A stretch of 64,000 bases of DNA from Polyangiales bacterium. GTDB taxonomy: Bacteria > Myxococcota_A > Polyangia > Polyangiales > Polyangiaceae. Position 1 is the first letter of the stretch. Every line of letters starts with the position of its first letter. The notes beneath the pieces are model-generated. The model was not told the origin of the DNA and made no database searches. It worked only from the letters and a program-made list of their open reading frames with translations. Location of the stretch: the NCBI GenBank assembly GCA_038230375.1, contig JBBRNJ010000041.1, positions 11,635 through 75,634 on the forward strand. The letters run 5' to 3'. Positions 36,201-47,526 of this stretch are shown here, one piece after another. The position numbers and the translations under genes are program-made.

Positions 36201-38042
36201 ACAGGAGTTGGACAAGGATTTGGCAGTGGTCATGGCCGTCTTGGTGGCGCGCACCTGACCAAGTCTCCCGAGCTTCGACAGGGCGCGATCCAGGTGAACG
36301 GTCGGCTTCCACCCGAGGTGATCACCCGCATCGTGCGCCAGAACTTCGGTCGCTTCCGCCTCTGCTACGAGAACGGCCTCCGCAACAATCCGAACCTGAT
36401 GGGCCGCGTGAGCGTGAAGTTCGTCATCGGTCGCGATGGCGCCGTGCAGACGTCGCAAGATGGCGGCTCCGATCTGCCTGACACGGGCGTGGTCTCGTGC
36501 GTCGTCCGCGCGTTTCCGAACCTGAGCTTCCCGCAGCCGGAGGGCGGCGGCATCGTCACCGTGACCTACCCGATCATCTTCTCTCCTGGCGACGGCGCAG
36601 GGCCCGCGCAGCCGATGCAGGGCGTCGCGGCGGCGCCGCAGGCCACGAACATCATTGCCACCGTGGGTCACGTGATGCGTCCTTGCGGCGCGGCGGCGGA
36701 GCTCACGTTGAGCGAGCGCCGCACGCTCTGGTACGAGCGCATGGCGAGCACGCAGGACGCAGCCTCCGCGCTCACGGTGTACCGCCGCGCACTGGAGGAC
36801 TGCGAGGCGCCGACGTGGCGCGAACGCACGACCCTGCTCCTCATGATGGTCGAGCGACTGCCGACGGTCACTCAGCGCGTGGCGCTGTGGAAGTCGCTCG
36901 TTGCCACGCCCGCCGCTGAGGTCATCTATCGCGCGATCATCGTCCGCATCCAGAACGTGACGGAGCTCCACGAGCTGCATCAGGCGCTGGGCCTCGCGAT
37001 GGTCGACCCGGATCTGCTCGCTGGCATGCTCGCGAAGGCGAAGACGCCCGCGGACAAGCTCAGCGTGTTGCGCGCTGCTGCTACCAAGTGGCCGGACGAC
37101 ATGGAGCTCTCGCTCCGCGTGCTCGACGCCTTCGAGGACCTCAAGGATGACGGCGGGCTCCGTGCATGGGCACGCAAGCTTCGCCGCCGGCCCGACGCGA
37201 CGGCCCACGTATGGACGCAGGTGGGCGAGCACTATCTCAGGCTCGCCTCGCGCGAGACCGGCGCCGACGCCGCGCGTGACACCACGGAGGCAAAGCGCAC
37301 CTTCGGCGAGCTCGTGGAGTTCGCACCGGAAGATCCCGCCGCACGACGTCGCCTTGGCGATCTTCTGCGCGCGCATGGCTGGTACGAAGAGGCGCTGCGC
37401 CAGTACCTGACGCTGCAGACGCTCACCCCGGATGACGCCTCCGTCCCGCTCCTGCTCGCATCCGCGACCCAGGGAATGGGGCGCGTGGAAGAGGCCGTGG
37501 GCTGGGCCGAGAAGGCCGTGGCGGCAGGTTCGCCGGACGGCAAGAGCGCGCTCTCCAGGGCCGCACGCGCGAACGCGCTCGCGTTCCTTGCGTGGGCTCG
37601 CGACGACGCGCAGAAGGCAAACAAGAACGACGACGCGGACAGGCTGCTCGCGCGCGCAAATCGCCTCGCGGCGACGGGCTCCTCCGCGCGCGGCGAGTCC
37701 GTCCACGTGATCGTCACGTGGTCGCATCCCGAGCTGCATCCTTCCCTGTGGACCACGCACACGGGCGCGCCCATGCCAGCGCCCGACAACTTCCCGCTCT
37801 TCGGCGTGGCGGAGGCGCGCATGCCCGCAGGCACCACGAAGGTGGAGCTGCGGACGGATCCGGAAGAGGCGGCGCGCGCGGCACGCCTGGGCGTTTCCGC
37901 CGTGGTCACGGTGATCTCTGGTGAAGGCGGAAAGACGCCGACGATAGCGCGAACGAATGTGACGTTCGGGACGCTGCAAGCGCCCGCGGAACGGCTCATC
38001 ATCACGCTCGAGAACGGCGCTCTGCGCGTGGGGACGCCGTGA
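33294..38042 (+). CDS. Giant lipoprotein: FecR-like, VIT, vWA, AgmX/PglI C-terminal-like and TPR domains
   Basis: Lipobox LVGC; TEVDETFVNPSSSTVEGIYGFRTPPGA (VIT); IVVDTSAA...GATD...YIGDG (vWA); RQNFGRFRLCYENGLRNNPNLMGRVSVKFVI (AgmX/PglI); TPRs. Confidence 0.88.
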   Translation: MRFISVCVIAVACSLAGPLGLVGCGDNLPGVVSQGTTFAELRAIKGEVNVTSPGDTKRVPYPRERISEGTVVSLGPSGLAWIRRDGGAVWLVRGPAELVMHEGNVKLDSGRAFIDGDDGPPVLVDTPRGPLELSDARASVEVMPDKSVEAYVLRGAARSGSGERGTSGEKLTLGADGKTVRASSVAWDDWTGGLATADPAAEPAPFGLGTVGARPPGDQGKPRFSLVVERLDVRVTVDHDFAVTEVDETFVNPSSSTVEGIYGFRTPPGAVLSKFGVDRNGAIVWGKVKESAAAKAQYESNVYQGSTEDPALLSWVGPGVYNARLYPIEPGAKRRVVTRYAEWLSRQGVKADRRLYVYPMAAEGARSSLPRIEELRVNLDLTKSGASRVRAGMGGKQEGQKVVIQAFDFVPRADLAVELFDSGEENAIAYRAPHTLTAEDIPMNADATFAAKVSAEEPDYLLVPMRSTAPADAGKGVDLAIVVDTSAATEPFALAIARTLTSALLSHLGADDRAALFTGDATLRPAFDGSGEMAPVDAAKRRNWLAGLATVDRGGATDIGALLTEAAAKLDPKRRGAVVYIGDGLPSVGETTPKAVRERLARLPEGTRILTAGVGSRANIALLGSIARGAPVESVGDAYGAARSALRLLEAAQKPAWIGAKVDLGPGIERVLPRELPPVGADESVLVVGRVSGKPPAQVNLTSGASTATRVLKVLPVDDGGDLRRRWGQGRMEELLSEGAGRAALVDVGRRFGLVSPYTSLYVPTAREAAVASGQAAELEDVTEQRADAIDRRSRWRPWSRSHVYDSAAEPASANADNKEGGTGTRAKGEEGSMGNPNTHAANHRYGVQGPSDDRPSSAAATATAQAARQRAVNEAAEFGMIGLLDTAAGGGGAPDQEQKQAAGGKAASAPVAAAPAVQPAKPSDPNAPSAPWGRDETTLGLTGTGEGGGGRGDGIGLGGVGTLGHGAGTGVGQGFGSGHGRLGGAHLTKSPELRQGAIQVNGRLPPEVITRIVRQNFGRFRLCYENGLRNNPNLMGRVSVKFVIGRDGAVQTSQDGGSDLPDTGVVSCVVRAFPNLSFPQPEGGGIVTVTYPIIFSPGDGAGPAQPMQGVAAAPQATNIIATVGHVMRPCGAAAELTLSERRTLWYERMASTQDAASALTVYRRALEDCEAPTWRERTTLLLMMVERLPTVTQRVALWKSLVATPAAEVIYRAIIVRIQNVTELHELHQALGLAMVDPDLLAGMLAKAKTPADKLSVLRAAATKWPDDMELSLRVLDAFEDLKDDGGLRAWARKLRRRPDATAHVWTQVGEHYLRLASRETGADAARDTTEAKRTFGELVEFAPEDPAARRRLGDLLRAHGWYEEALRQYLTLQTLTPDDASVPLLLASATQGMGRVEEAVGWAEKAVAAGSPDGKSALSRAARANALAFLAWARDDAQKANKNDDADRLLARANRLAATGSSARGESVHVIVTWSHPELHPSLWTTHTGAPMPAPDNFPLFGVAEARMPAGTTKVELRTDPEEAARAARLGVSAVVTVISGEGGKTPTIARTNVTFGTLQAPAERLIITLENGALRVGTP

Positions 38043-41000
38043 AAATGCGAATGAACAAGAAGACTGCGGCCCTTGGCATCGGCGTCCTGGTGCTCGCTGG
38101 AGCCGGGACCATCGCTGCCCTGCGACTCCGCGGGCCGAGCATCTCCCCGATCGGCACCGTCGCCACGACCGTGGGCGACCTCCGGACCATGCACGCGGAG
38201 GTCATGCTCCGTGGCAAGGAGGTGCGCGGCGTAGCTCGCCTCCTCGCGGGCGATCAGGTCAAGACAGGCGCCTCGGGTCGCGTGCTCGTGAGGCTCGACG
38301 ACGGCACGCAGATCGTGGTCGATGGCAACACGGAGCTCACGATCGATGGCGCAAAGCTCACGCTCGCGAAGGGCCGGCTGTTCGTGCAGGCAGGCTCCTC
38401 CGCACGGACCGAGGTCGCGTTCGGCGACGCCACCACGACCGTCGTCTCCAGCGCGGCCGCGTTCGACGCGGGCAACGGTGGAAAGGTGTATTGTGCACGC
38501 GGTGAGCTCGTCCTCTCGGAGGGCGGGAAGACCGCGCACGTGGCAAGCGGCGAGACCGCCTCGCTCTCACCGGGTGGCGCGAAGGTGGCGCCCGAGGCCG
38601 CGTTCGACGACTGGACCGGCGGACTTGCGACGCCCTGGTCGGGCGAGCGCGGACCGAAGAGCGCGATCCCGGAGCTGTGGGCGGGTCCGGGCGGCGTGGA
38701 TCCTGGAGCGCCCCTCGTCGTGCGCTCGGAGAACGTGGACGTGGACATCGAGGGCGAGGTCGCCACGACCCGCATGAAGACCACCTACTTCAACGGCAGC
38801 GATCAGAGCGCTCAGGCAGACGTGCGCATGGCGCTCCCCGCTGGCGCGCTGGTGTCGCGCGTCGCGCGCATGAACGAAGGCGCAGGCAGCCCCAGCGTGG
38901 CGACGCTCGGCCCTGGCACGCGCACTCCTGGCGCCGGCGGCGACACGGCGCGGCTCGAGTGGGCCGGCGGTGGCTGGCTCCGTGGAACGCTCGTCGACGT
39001 GCCTGCGGGCAAGTCGGTGGACCTCCTCGTCGACTACGTCGAGTGGCTCCCCACGCGCGACGGACATGCAACCTATCGGTTCCCCATGGCGAGCGACATC
39101 GAGGCACCCATGGTCGGTGGCCTCGCGCTCAAGCTGCAATCGAAGAGTTCTGCGCGCTTCCTGTCCGCAAGCCTTGGCACCGTCGTGCGCGACGGCGCGA
39201 TCGAGCTTCGCCGCGCGGACGTTCGGCCCACGGGCGATCTGGTCGTGGAGCTCACGCCCGACGTCGTGAAATCGGGCCAGGCGCGCGCGTACGTGCAGAA
39301 GGGCGAGCCGAACGAGGACCCGTACGTGCTCGTCCGCACGGAGGTCCCCGACGTCACGGAGGCCGGTGTCACGCTCGCCGTCGTCGTTGACACCTCCATG
39401 AGCGTGGGACCGTCGCTGCTCGAGACCGAGCGTGCCGTGGTCGATGCGCTGCTCGAGTCGCTGGGTCCGAAGGACTCCATCGTGGTGCTGGCCGCCGACC
39501 AGAGCGCGCGCGTCGTCGGCCCTGCGAAGCCTGCGGCGGTGACCCCCGAGACGCGCGCGGACATCAAGAAGTCGCTCGCGCTCGTGCGCGCGGGCGGCGC
39601 GTCCAACCTGGGCATTGCGCTGGAGCAAGCCGCCGATCTGCTCGATGGTCAGGACAAGGATCACGCGGGCACTGGCATGGTCGTCTACGTCGGCGATGGC
39701 CGGCCGACGGTGGGTGAGGCCACCGCGCGCGACCTTCGCAAGCGGCTCGCGCGACGTGCAGGCGGAGTCCCTCGCATAGGCGCTGTGGCCATTGGACAGG
39801 GCGCGGATCGCTGGATGCTGGCGGAGCTCGCGCAGGGTTCTGGTCCGGTTTACGACGTCGTCGATCGCCCGGAGGCGGCCCGCGCGGGCGGCGCACTGGT
39901 GGCGGATGCGCTGGCACCCGTGGTGCGCGGAGTCTCCGTGGACCTGGGCCCCACGGTCGACCGGATCTACCCACGCGACACGCGCACGGTCGGCTCCGGC
40001 TCCACGTTCACCGTCGCAGGCCGGCTGCGCGGTCAGCTCCCGTCGAAGGTCACGCTGCGCTTCCGCAAGGGCAACGAGATCGTCGAAGAGGTGAGGTCGC
40101 TCGTGCAGGTCGAGGCGCCCGCGAGCGCGGACGTCGCAAAGCGCTGGGCAGAAGAGCGCGTCGAAGAGATCGCCATGCGCAACGAAGGCATGGAGGGCGC
40201 CGTTGCGCTCGCCACGAAGGCGGGCCTGGTCACGCCGTGGACCAGCTTCTTCTGGAACGGCGCCACCGCGTCGATGCCCTGGGACGACCGCGTGCTCGGC
40301 CTCTCGTCCGACACTGACACGGCGTACGCCGCGCGCATTGCGCCCGCGCCGCCGCCGCCTTCGCTGGTGCTGGAGCCGCCGAGCGTCTTCGATTGAGAGG
40401 CCTCTCTCGAGGACGCCATGGAGGTCGCTGCACGCCAGGCGCTCATCGACTCGATGCCCGCGCTGGTCGCGTGTCGCGATTCACGTGCGGCCGTTCGGCC
40501 GGATGTGCCATCGCAGCTGTCGGTCTCCGTCAGCGTGGACGTGGATGGACACGCGACCAAGGTCACCGTGGACGCGCAGGGCTCGCGCGGCAACGACGTG
40601 GTGCTGGAGCGCTGCTCGCGCGGCGTGATCACCGCGGTCCCGTTCTTCGGTGGCGGTGTGGCCATCACGTTCACGCAGGTGATCATGTTGCCGCCGCTTC
40701 AGACGGCGCGGCGCACGGAGTGCAGCACCACGTCCAAGCTACCGCTCGCCGTGAAGCGCGGGATCTGGCGCGCACGCAAGCAGAAGGGCATTCTCAACTA
40801 CGACGTGGCCTACCACCAGTGCGAGCTCCCCACGTGGAGCGAGCGTCGCACGCTGCTCGGCATCCTGGTCGCGGACCTGGCGATCCCGGAGGCCATCAAC
40901 ACCGCCGCGCGCATCGAAGCGACCGGCGACTCCGACGGCGCAGCATTCATTCGCCAGGAGCTCCTGCGCAGGCCGAACGTGTCGTCGCTGGCGTACGAGG

Positions 41001-42001
41001 ACATGCGTCGACTCTTCGTGGGCGCGGAGCCCAAGGTCGACGTTGCGCTCGACAAGGCCTACCGCACTGCGAAGAACGACGCGGACCGCATGAAGGTGCT
41101 CCGGCGCTTCCTGCGCGTCGCGCCCCATAGCCCGCTTGGGCGCCGCCTCCTGCTCTCGCTCCTTGAATCCACGGGCCAGAAGGACGCGCTGAAGGACGAG
41201 ATCTTCCACGTGCGGACGGACCCGTTCTCGGACGCTGGCCTGCTCGCGTCCGGTGCGTCCGCGCTGCGCCGCCTGGGTGAGGACGAGGACGGTCGGCGCG
41301 CCTTCGGCGAGCTGGTCGAGCGCGCGCCGCGTGATCCGTGGACGCTCGCCTACGTGGGCGATCGCCTGCGCGCAGAGGGCCTCTACGAGGACGCGCTCGC
41401 TTCCTATCAGAGGCTGGATTCGCAGATGCCGGATGATCCTGCCGTTGCGCTCCGCCTCGCGCTCGCTCATGCAGGCGCAGGCCGCCTGGACGTGGCCATT
41501 CGCCTCCTCGATCGCTCCGCGCAGACCGGCGGACGCGGTGACGACGGTCGCACGGGCGAGCTCTCGTCGATCCTCTCTGCGTCGCTGCTTGCGGCGGCGC
41601 GACAGGCGTCCCCGTCTCCAGAGACGGACGCGCTCCTTGCGCGCAGGCTGGCGGAGACGCCATTGCCGGACGTGGCAAGCCTCATCTTGGTTCGCACCCC
41701 GCTCACCGACGACCCCGTCAACGTGACGGTCGCGCGCGCGGAGACAGACAAGGACGAGCTGCCCGCAGATCTGGATGCCTCGGGTATGGGCCTCACCGCC
41801 GTGCGCATCGAGCGCGGCGGCGGCACTGCACGCATTCATCTCAGAAGGACAGCCGCGCTCACGGGCTCGCGCTCCACGCACGGTACGGTCACGGCGCTGG
41901 TGCTCGCGTCGGATCGGAGCCAGAGCAAGCTCATCACGCGCGAGGTGGATATCGACGAGAAGGGCATCGAGCTTCGATGGAACGGGGAGACCTTGCGATG
42001 A
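38039..42001 (+). pseudogene. Paralogous FecR-VIT-vWA-AgmX-TPR gene interrupted by one in-frame TGA (40394-40396); alternatively two CDSs 38039..40396 and 40418..42001
   Basis: LLAGDQVKTGASGRVLVRLDDGT (FecR-like), VVDTSMS (vWA MIDAS). Frame reads ...PPSVFD*EASLEDAMEV... into AgmX-like and TPR segments, mirroring the upstream gene. Confidence 0.7.
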
Positions 42002-42834
42002 GCGGCGACGATCAGAACCCGAAGGGCGTACCGCAAGCCGAACCTTCCTCACCGACCCAGCCGGACGAGGATGGGTGGGAGGCCGCGCTGGCTGACATGC
42101 CAAACCTCCAGCCGACGCCGCCACCAGCGGATGTGGCCCATGCTGTGCAGCCTCCGCCCGAGCCCGCACACGACGTCGGCTCCGTGACGGCACCAATGCC
42201 GCCGGTCGCTCCGCTTCCCATGCCGCAGCCCCACACCATACCGCAGCCCACCGCCAGCGCGCCCGCGCTCCATCTGCAGGCGCAGAACATGGGCCCTGCG
42301 ATCATCGTTCCGCAGATCCCCGATTACCTACGGCGAAAGCCACAGCCGCTGATCGGGCCTGTGCTCTCCGTCTACGGCGCGCTGCTGTGGTCGTTCGTCC
42401 TCGCCGGTCAGTTCACGACATCGTGGATGAGCAGCGGCCCCATGGACGAGCGGTTGGCGCTGTTCACAGTCTTCCTCGCGACCGTCGTGACCGGGATCAT
42501 CGCGCTGCGGCGCGCACAGACCGCGGCGCCCGTGACCGCAGGCAGGGTCCTCGGGCGCGCCGTCTTCGCATTCGTGGGCGCGGGGATCGCGTGGTTCGCG
42601 ACTGTCTTCGTCGCCGCCATCGCGGGGAACACCGCCTCCCGCAATCACGACGTGCTCATCGCGATGTTCCTGCTCGCACTGGCGGTGACCGCCACAGTGA
42701 TGGGTCCGCGCCTCACGTCGCCCGGCCCGCACGCTGCGCCCTCACACGGTCGCAAGGTGATCCAGGTCAGCTTCTGGGCTGGCCTCGCAGTCGTCACGCT
42801 CATCGCAGGCGCAGAGCTCGTGTCGAACGGCTAG
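41998..42834 (+). CDS. Membrane protein with Pro-rich N-terminus
   Basis: ATGA overlap; Pro-rich disordered head followed by about 5 TM helices. Confidence 0.75.
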   Translation: MSGDDQNPKGVPQAEPSSPTQPDEDGWEAALADMPNLQPTPPPADVAHAVQPPPEPAHDVGSVTAPMPPVAPLPMPQPHTIPQPTASAPALHLQAQNMGPAIIVPQIPDYLRRKPQPLIGPVLSVYGALLWSFVLAGQFTTSWMSSGPMDERLALFTVFLATVVTGIIALRRAQTAAPVTAGRVLGRAVFAFVGAGIAWFATVFVAAIAGNTASRNHDVLIAMFLLALAVTATVMGPRLTSPGPHAAPSHGRKVIQVSFWAGLAVVTLIAGAELVSNG

Positions 42835-42925
42835 CCCGCGTTGCCGGCCGCGGGCCGCAGGGGAATGACGCGGGCGTTTTCCCTGTCGGCGACGTGGAAG
42901 AGGACCTACCCTTCGAGGCTTCCGC

Positions 42926-45886
42926 ATGGACCGCCTCGTCGTCACTGGCGCCCGCCAGCACAACCTCAGGAACGTGTCTGTCACGCTTCCGCGGGGCAAG
43001 TTCGTCGTCCTCACGGGGCCGAGCGGCTCGGGCAAGTCCAGCCTGGCGTTCGACACGATCTACGCGGAAGGGCAGCGCCGCTATGTGGAGTCGCTGTCTG
43101 CGTATGCTCGTCAATTCCTGGAGCAGCTTGCGAAGCCGGACGTGGACCGCATCGAAGGGCTGTCGCCGGCGATCGCCATCGAGCAGCGCCCGCTCTCCAA
43201 GTCACCGCGCTCCACCGTGGGCACCGTCACCGAGATCGCCGACTACCTGCGCCTCCTGTTCGCGCGCGTCGGCATCCCGCATTGCCCGAACTGCGGCAAG
43301 CGCATCGAGGCGCAGACCGTCCAGCAGATCGTCGACCACATCCTGACGCTCGGTGAAGGCACGCGGCTCAGCCTGCTCTCGCCGATCTGCCGCGCACGCA
43401 AGGGCGAGCTCAAGCTGGAGCTCGAGCGCCTGCGTCGCGAAGGCTACGTCCGCGCGCGCGTGGACGGCCAGGTCGTGGACCTTGGCGACTCGATCGAGCT
43501 CGACGGCAAGAAGACGCACGACCTGGACGTCGTCATCGATCGCATCGTCATCAAGGAGGGTGTCGCCGGACGCCTGACGGACAGCGTGGAGCTCTCCCTC
43601 AAGGTCGGGGAGGGCCGGCTGCTCGTCGGCGTGGAGGGCAAGGAACCCTTCTGGATGAGCGAGCGCTTCGCGTGCATCGACTGCGGCATCTCGCTCCCGC
43701 CGATCGAGCCGCGCATGTTCTCCTTCAACGGGCCGCACGGAGCCTGCCCCGCGTGCGACGGCCTTGGCGCACGCACCGTCATCGACCCCACGCGCGTCGT
43801 CGGCGATCCGAAGCGCACGCTTCGTGAGGGCGTCGTGCTGGCGTGGGGCAGACGCGGCTCGGTGGCGCTCGCAACCGAGATCTCGCGCGCCGTCGAGTCC
43901 CTGTCCGTGTCGCCAGACACACCGTGGGAGAAGTTCCCGGAGGAGACGAAGACGTTGCTCCTGTTCGGGGACCCAGACAAGAAGAGCGCCGCTCGTGGCA
44001 AGGGAAAGAAGGCGCGCTACCTGGGCATCGTCCCCAGGCTCACCGAGCGGCTCCTTGGCGAGGACGAGCCGGACCTTGACCCGGACGAGGACCTGGGCGG
44101 CATCGCCGCGGACGATCTGGGTCGCTTCACCGTGAGCCGCGTGTGCTCCGCGTGCAAGGGCAAGCGGCTCCGACCCGAGGCGCTCGCCATCACGCTGGAC
44201 GGGCGCGACATCGCGGAGCTCGGCGCGCTAGCCCTCGGAAAATTGCGTGCATTCTGCAATCAAATGCAGGCAGAGCCCGAGCGTTTCTCGACACGTGAGC
44301 GCGCCATCGCGGAGCCGCTCTTGCGTGCTGTCACGGCGCGGCTCGGGTTCCTCATCGACGTAGGCCTGGACTACCTTGCGCTCGACCGCAGCGCGCAGAC
44401 CCTGTCGTCGGGTGAGGGCCAGCGCATCCGGCTTGCCACGCAGATCGGCGCTGCGCTCGTGGGCGTGCTCTACGTGCTGGACGAGCCGAGCGTGGGCCTG
44501 CACGCACGCGACAACGCTCGGCTGCTCCAGGCAGAGGCGCGCCTGCGCGACCTTGGCAACACGGTCCTAGTCGTGGAGCACGATCGCGAAGCCATCATGG
44601 CCGCGGACTACGTGGTGGACATGGGCCCGGGCGCCGGCGTGCACGGCGGCATGATCGTCGCCGAGGGCACGCCCGAAGAGGTCATCGCGAACCCGGCCTC
44701 CGTCACCGGTCCGTGGCTGTCCGGCGCGCGTGCATTGCCCATGCCCAAGACGCGCAAGCCGAAGGGCAAGCAGAAGCTCACGGTCGTGGGCGCGCGCGTG
44801 CACAACCTGAAGAATGTCTCCGTGGATGTGCCCATCGGTCTCTTCACCTGCTTCACGGGTGTGTCGGGGAGCGGAAAATCAAGCCTTGTCATCGACACGC
44901 TGCTGCCTGCGGCGCGCGGCATGCTCTACGGCGCAGCGGCGAAGGTCGGCGACTGCGACGGCGTGCAGGGGCTGGACCACATCGACAAGGTCGTGTCGAT
45001 CGATCAGGCGCCCATCGGTCGCACGCCGCGTTCGAACCCCGCCACGTACACGGGCATCTTCGCGCAGCTGCGCGACCTCTACGCGGGGCTGCCAGATGCG
45101 CGCGCACGCGGCTACAAGCCGGGCCGCTTCTCCTTCAACGTGAAGGGCGGTCGCTGCGAGGCATGCCAGGGCGACGGCGTGCTGCGCGTGGAGATGCACT
45201 TCCTTCCGGACGTGTTCGTCACATGCGACACGTGCCAGGGCCGCAGGTACAACCGCGAGACGCTCGAGGTGAAGTACCGCGGCCTCTCCATTGCCGACGC
45301 GCTCGACCTCACGGTGGAGCAGGCGATGCCCCTGTTCGAGTCGATCCCGCGCGTGCATGAGCGGTTGCTCGCGCTCACCAAGGTTGGTCTTGGCTACCTC
45401 TCGCTGGGCCAGCCCGCGACCACGCTCTCTGGCGGTGAAGCGCAGCGCGTGAAGCTTGCGCGCGAGCTCTCGCGCCGCGCCACCGGTCGCACGCTCTACA
45501 TCCTGGACGAGCCCACGACAGGCCTGCATTTCACCGACATCGAGCTGCTACTGCGTGCGCTCATGGATCTCCGCGACCAGGGCAACACGGTGATCGTCAT
45601 CGAGCACAACCTGGATGTCGTGGCGTGCGCGGACTGGGTCGTGGACATGGGCCCCGATGGCGGCGACGGCGGCGGCGAGGTCGTGGTCTCCGGGTCGCCA
45701 GAGGACGTCGCGACCTGCGAGCGCTCGTACACCGGGCACTACCTCAAAGACGTGCTCGCCTTCGGCAAGAGGGGAAGCCGCGACAGCGAAGTGGTCCCCA
45801 CCAGACCTTCCGCAAAGAAGCCCCTCGGCGGCGCCGCACACGGCACGCGCGCAGAAGAGCCCCCCAAGCGTAAGCCCAAGCGGTAG
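42926..45886 (+). CDS. uvrA: Excinuclease ABC subunit A
   Basis: [36 protein letters not shown], second [16 protein letters not shown], zinc fingers. Confidence 0.98.
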   Translation: MDRLVVTGARQHNLRNVSVTLPRGKFVVLTGPSGSGKSSLAFDTIYAEGQRRYVESLSAYARQFLEQLAKPDVDRIEGLSPAIAIEQRPLSKSPRSTVGTVTEIADYLRLLFARVGIPHCPNCGKRIEAQTVQQIVDHILTLGEGTRLSLLSPICRARKGELKLELERLRREGYVRARVDGQVVDLGDSIELDGKKTHDLDVVIDRIVIKEGVAGRLTDSVELSLKVGEGRLLVGVEGKEPFWMSERFACIDCGISLPPIEPRMFSFNGPHGACPACDGLGARTVIDPTRVVGDPKRTLREGVVLAWGRRGSVALATEISRAVESLSVSPDTPWEKFPEETKTLLLFGDPDKKSAARGKGKKARYLGIVPRLTERLLGEDEPDLDPDEDLGGIAADDLGRFTVSRVCSACKGKRLRPEALAITLDGRDIAELGALALGKLRAFCNQMQAEPERFSTRERAIAEPLLRAVTARLGFLIDVGLDYLALDRSAQTLSSGEGQRIRLATQIGAALVGVLYVLDEPSVGLHARDNARLLQAEARLRDLGNTVLVVEHDREAIMAADYVVDMGPGAGVHGGMIVAEGTPEEVIANPASVTGPWLSGARALPMPKTRKPKGKQKLTVVGARVHNLKNVSVDVPIGLFTCFTGVSGSGKSSLVIDTLLPAARGMLYGAAAKVGDCDGVQGLDHIDKVVSIDQAPIGRTPRSNPATYTGIFAQLRDLYAGLPDARARGYKPGRFSFNVKGGRCEACQGDGVLRVEMHFLPDVFVTCDTCQGRRYNRETLEVKYRGLSIADALDLTVEQAMPLFESIPRVHERLLALTKVGLGYLSLGQPATTLSGGEAQRVKLARELSRRATGRTLYILDEPTTGLHFTDIELLLRALMDLRDQGNTVIVIEHNLDVVACADWVVDMGPDGGDGGGEVVVSGSPEDVATCERSYTGHYLKDVLAFGKRGSRDSEVVPTRPSAKKPLGGAAHGTRAEEPPKRKPKR

Positions 45887-45953
45887 CCAACCAGCTCGCC
45901 GATGCGGAAGGGCACTCGCCCGTGCCGGACCATCACCATCGACTCGGCCCAAC

Positions 45954-47036
45954 TCAGGGCCTGCAGATCTCGTCCACGTGAGGAGCGAGCAGCTTGCTGG
46001 GGTCCGACTGCGAGTCCGCGCGCTCGAGCGCTGGACGTAGCTTCTCGAGACCTGCGATCAGCTTCGCGAAGGAGCCGCAGCGCGCGAGCATCTCCGACAT
46101 CTCGGCCTTGCCCGAGCCATAGGTCTTGTACTGGATGAGCGTCGCGTTCGTGATGGGCCTACGCATCTTGGTCTCGTCGCGCAGCGCGTGGAGGATGCGC
46201 GCCTTCTCTGCGAGCTTCTCCGCACGCGGTGTGTCCGACGCGTAGAGTGTTGCGAGCTTGCCGTACGCGACCTGGAACAACGCCCCGCGGCGATCGCCCT
46301 GTGCCTCCTCCTCGAAGTACGCGCGTGTCTCTGGCGCATCGGCGCCCACGCGCTCACGCATGTACGCGCCCGCCAGCCCGTCGCCCACGAACGACGCCAT
46401 GCTCTCGTTCAACGTGCTCTGCCCCGCAACGTAGAACGTCGCATGAAGGGACTCGTGAAGGATCGTGTTGGCGAGCTCTCCGCGCGCGCCCTTTCCTTCC
46501 TCGATCATCGTGCTCAGGATCGGATCGGGGAAGTAGCCGAGCGTCGAGTACGCGCCCGAGCCGCGCACGTCCACGTCCCAGCCCTTCACGCGGAGCTCCG
46601 CCGCGAAATCGTCCGCGTCCTTGCGCTGGAACCAGCCGAGGTAGCTGATGTTGCCGATGATCGGAAACCACTGCGTGCGTGCACGAAACCGCAGGGGCTC
46701 GCACGCGGTGGTCACCCACAGCACCTGCGGGCGATGGAGATCGACGTACGTCGTGTAGTTCGTGGTTGCGCGAAGACCGTGCGCCTCTCCATAGGCTTTC
46801 ACCTGGGCAACGTCCGCTAGCAGCGCGCGCCGCTCCTTCGTGAGCCAGCCGCCCGAGACGAGCGCGTTGACGTCGAGCTGCTTTCGCGTGATCTCGTCCT
46901 GGCCCGCGCCCGCCTGCGCGAGGTACCGCACTGGCATGCAGCCCATGCCTCCGGCGAGGACCGCGAACAGGACGATGGAAGCCAAAAGGCCGCGCCTCGC
47001 CGTGATGCGGCGGGAACGGCCTCTCCCAAGAAGCAT
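45954..47036 (-). CDS. Putative zinc aminopeptidase lipoprotein (DUF2265-like)
   Basis: GC lipobox; WFPIIGNISYLGWF, AYSTLGYFPDP, ILHESLHAT (HExxH), LNES. Confidence 0.85.
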   Translation of the reverse strand: MLLGRGRSRRITARRGLLASIVLFAVLAGGMGCMPVRYLAQAGAGQDEITRKQLDVNALVSGGWLTKERRALLADVAQVKAYGEAHGLRATTNYTTYVDLHRPQVLWVTTACEPLRFRARTQWFPIIGNISYLGWFQRKDADDFAAELRVKGWDVDVRGSGAYSTLGYFPDPILSTMIEEGKGARGELANTILHESLHATFYVAGQSTLNESMASFVGDGLAGAYMRERVGADAPETRAYFEEEAQGDRRGALFQVAYGKLATLYASDTPRAEKLAEKARILHALRDETKMRRPITNATLIQYKTYGSGKAEMSEMLARCGSFAKLIAGLEKLRPALERADSQSDPSKLLAPHVDEICRP

Positions 47037-47043
47037 GCGCTGC

Positions 47044-47415
47044 CTACGAATAATCTTTCTCGAGGCGCTCTTGATCTTCCTTGCAGCGGATGCAGAGCGT
47101 GGTCTCCGGGCGCGCTTCCAGGCGCTTCACGGAGATCTCCTCGCCGCACTCCTCGCAGGTGCCGAAGGTGCCGTCCTCGATCTTGCGGAGCGCCTTCTCG
47201 ATCTTGTCGAGGAACACCTTCTCACGCCCACGAAGGCGGAACGTGAACGACTGGAGGTATTCGCTCGAGGCGAGATCCATCTCGTCCGGGAGATCGTTTG
47301 CGTCGAGGGTCATGTCCTCTTCTAGCGTCTGCTTCGCCTTCTTGACGATTTCGTCCCGCTTCTCCACGAGCAGCGTTTTGAATCTCTTGAGCTCTATTTT
47401 CTTCACGGCGATCAC
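47044..47415 (-). CDS. dksA: DksA/TraR C4 zinc-finger protein
   Basis: Coiled-coil tip PDEMDLA (DxxDxA); GTFGTCEECGEEISVKRLEARPETTLCIRCK. Confidence 0.9.
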   Translation of the reverse strand: MIAVKKIELKRFKTLLVEKRDEIVKKAKQTLEEDMTLDANDLPDEMDLASSEYLQSFTFRLRGREKVFLDKIEKALRKIEDGTFGTCEECGEEISVKRLEARPETTLCIRCKEDQERLEKDYS

Positions 47416-47526
47416 GCTCCGAAAGAGGCTTGTGGCTTGTGGGCTCGGGACGTTCCCCCCGTCCGAGTCCCCCGGGCGCAGGCCAAAGGGAACAGCGAGA
47501 GTAACGCCCTTCGTCCGGGGGGGAAG

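Noticed and set aside
33156..37979. 1607-aa minus-strand ORF
   Set aside because: Antisense to the VIT-vWA gene; the Arg/Ala/His-rich composition is typical of high-GC shadow frames.
40394..40440. Selenocysteine recoding at the in-frame TGA
   Set aside because: No redox-motif context and no recognisable bacterial SECIS loop; the palindrome has no loop.
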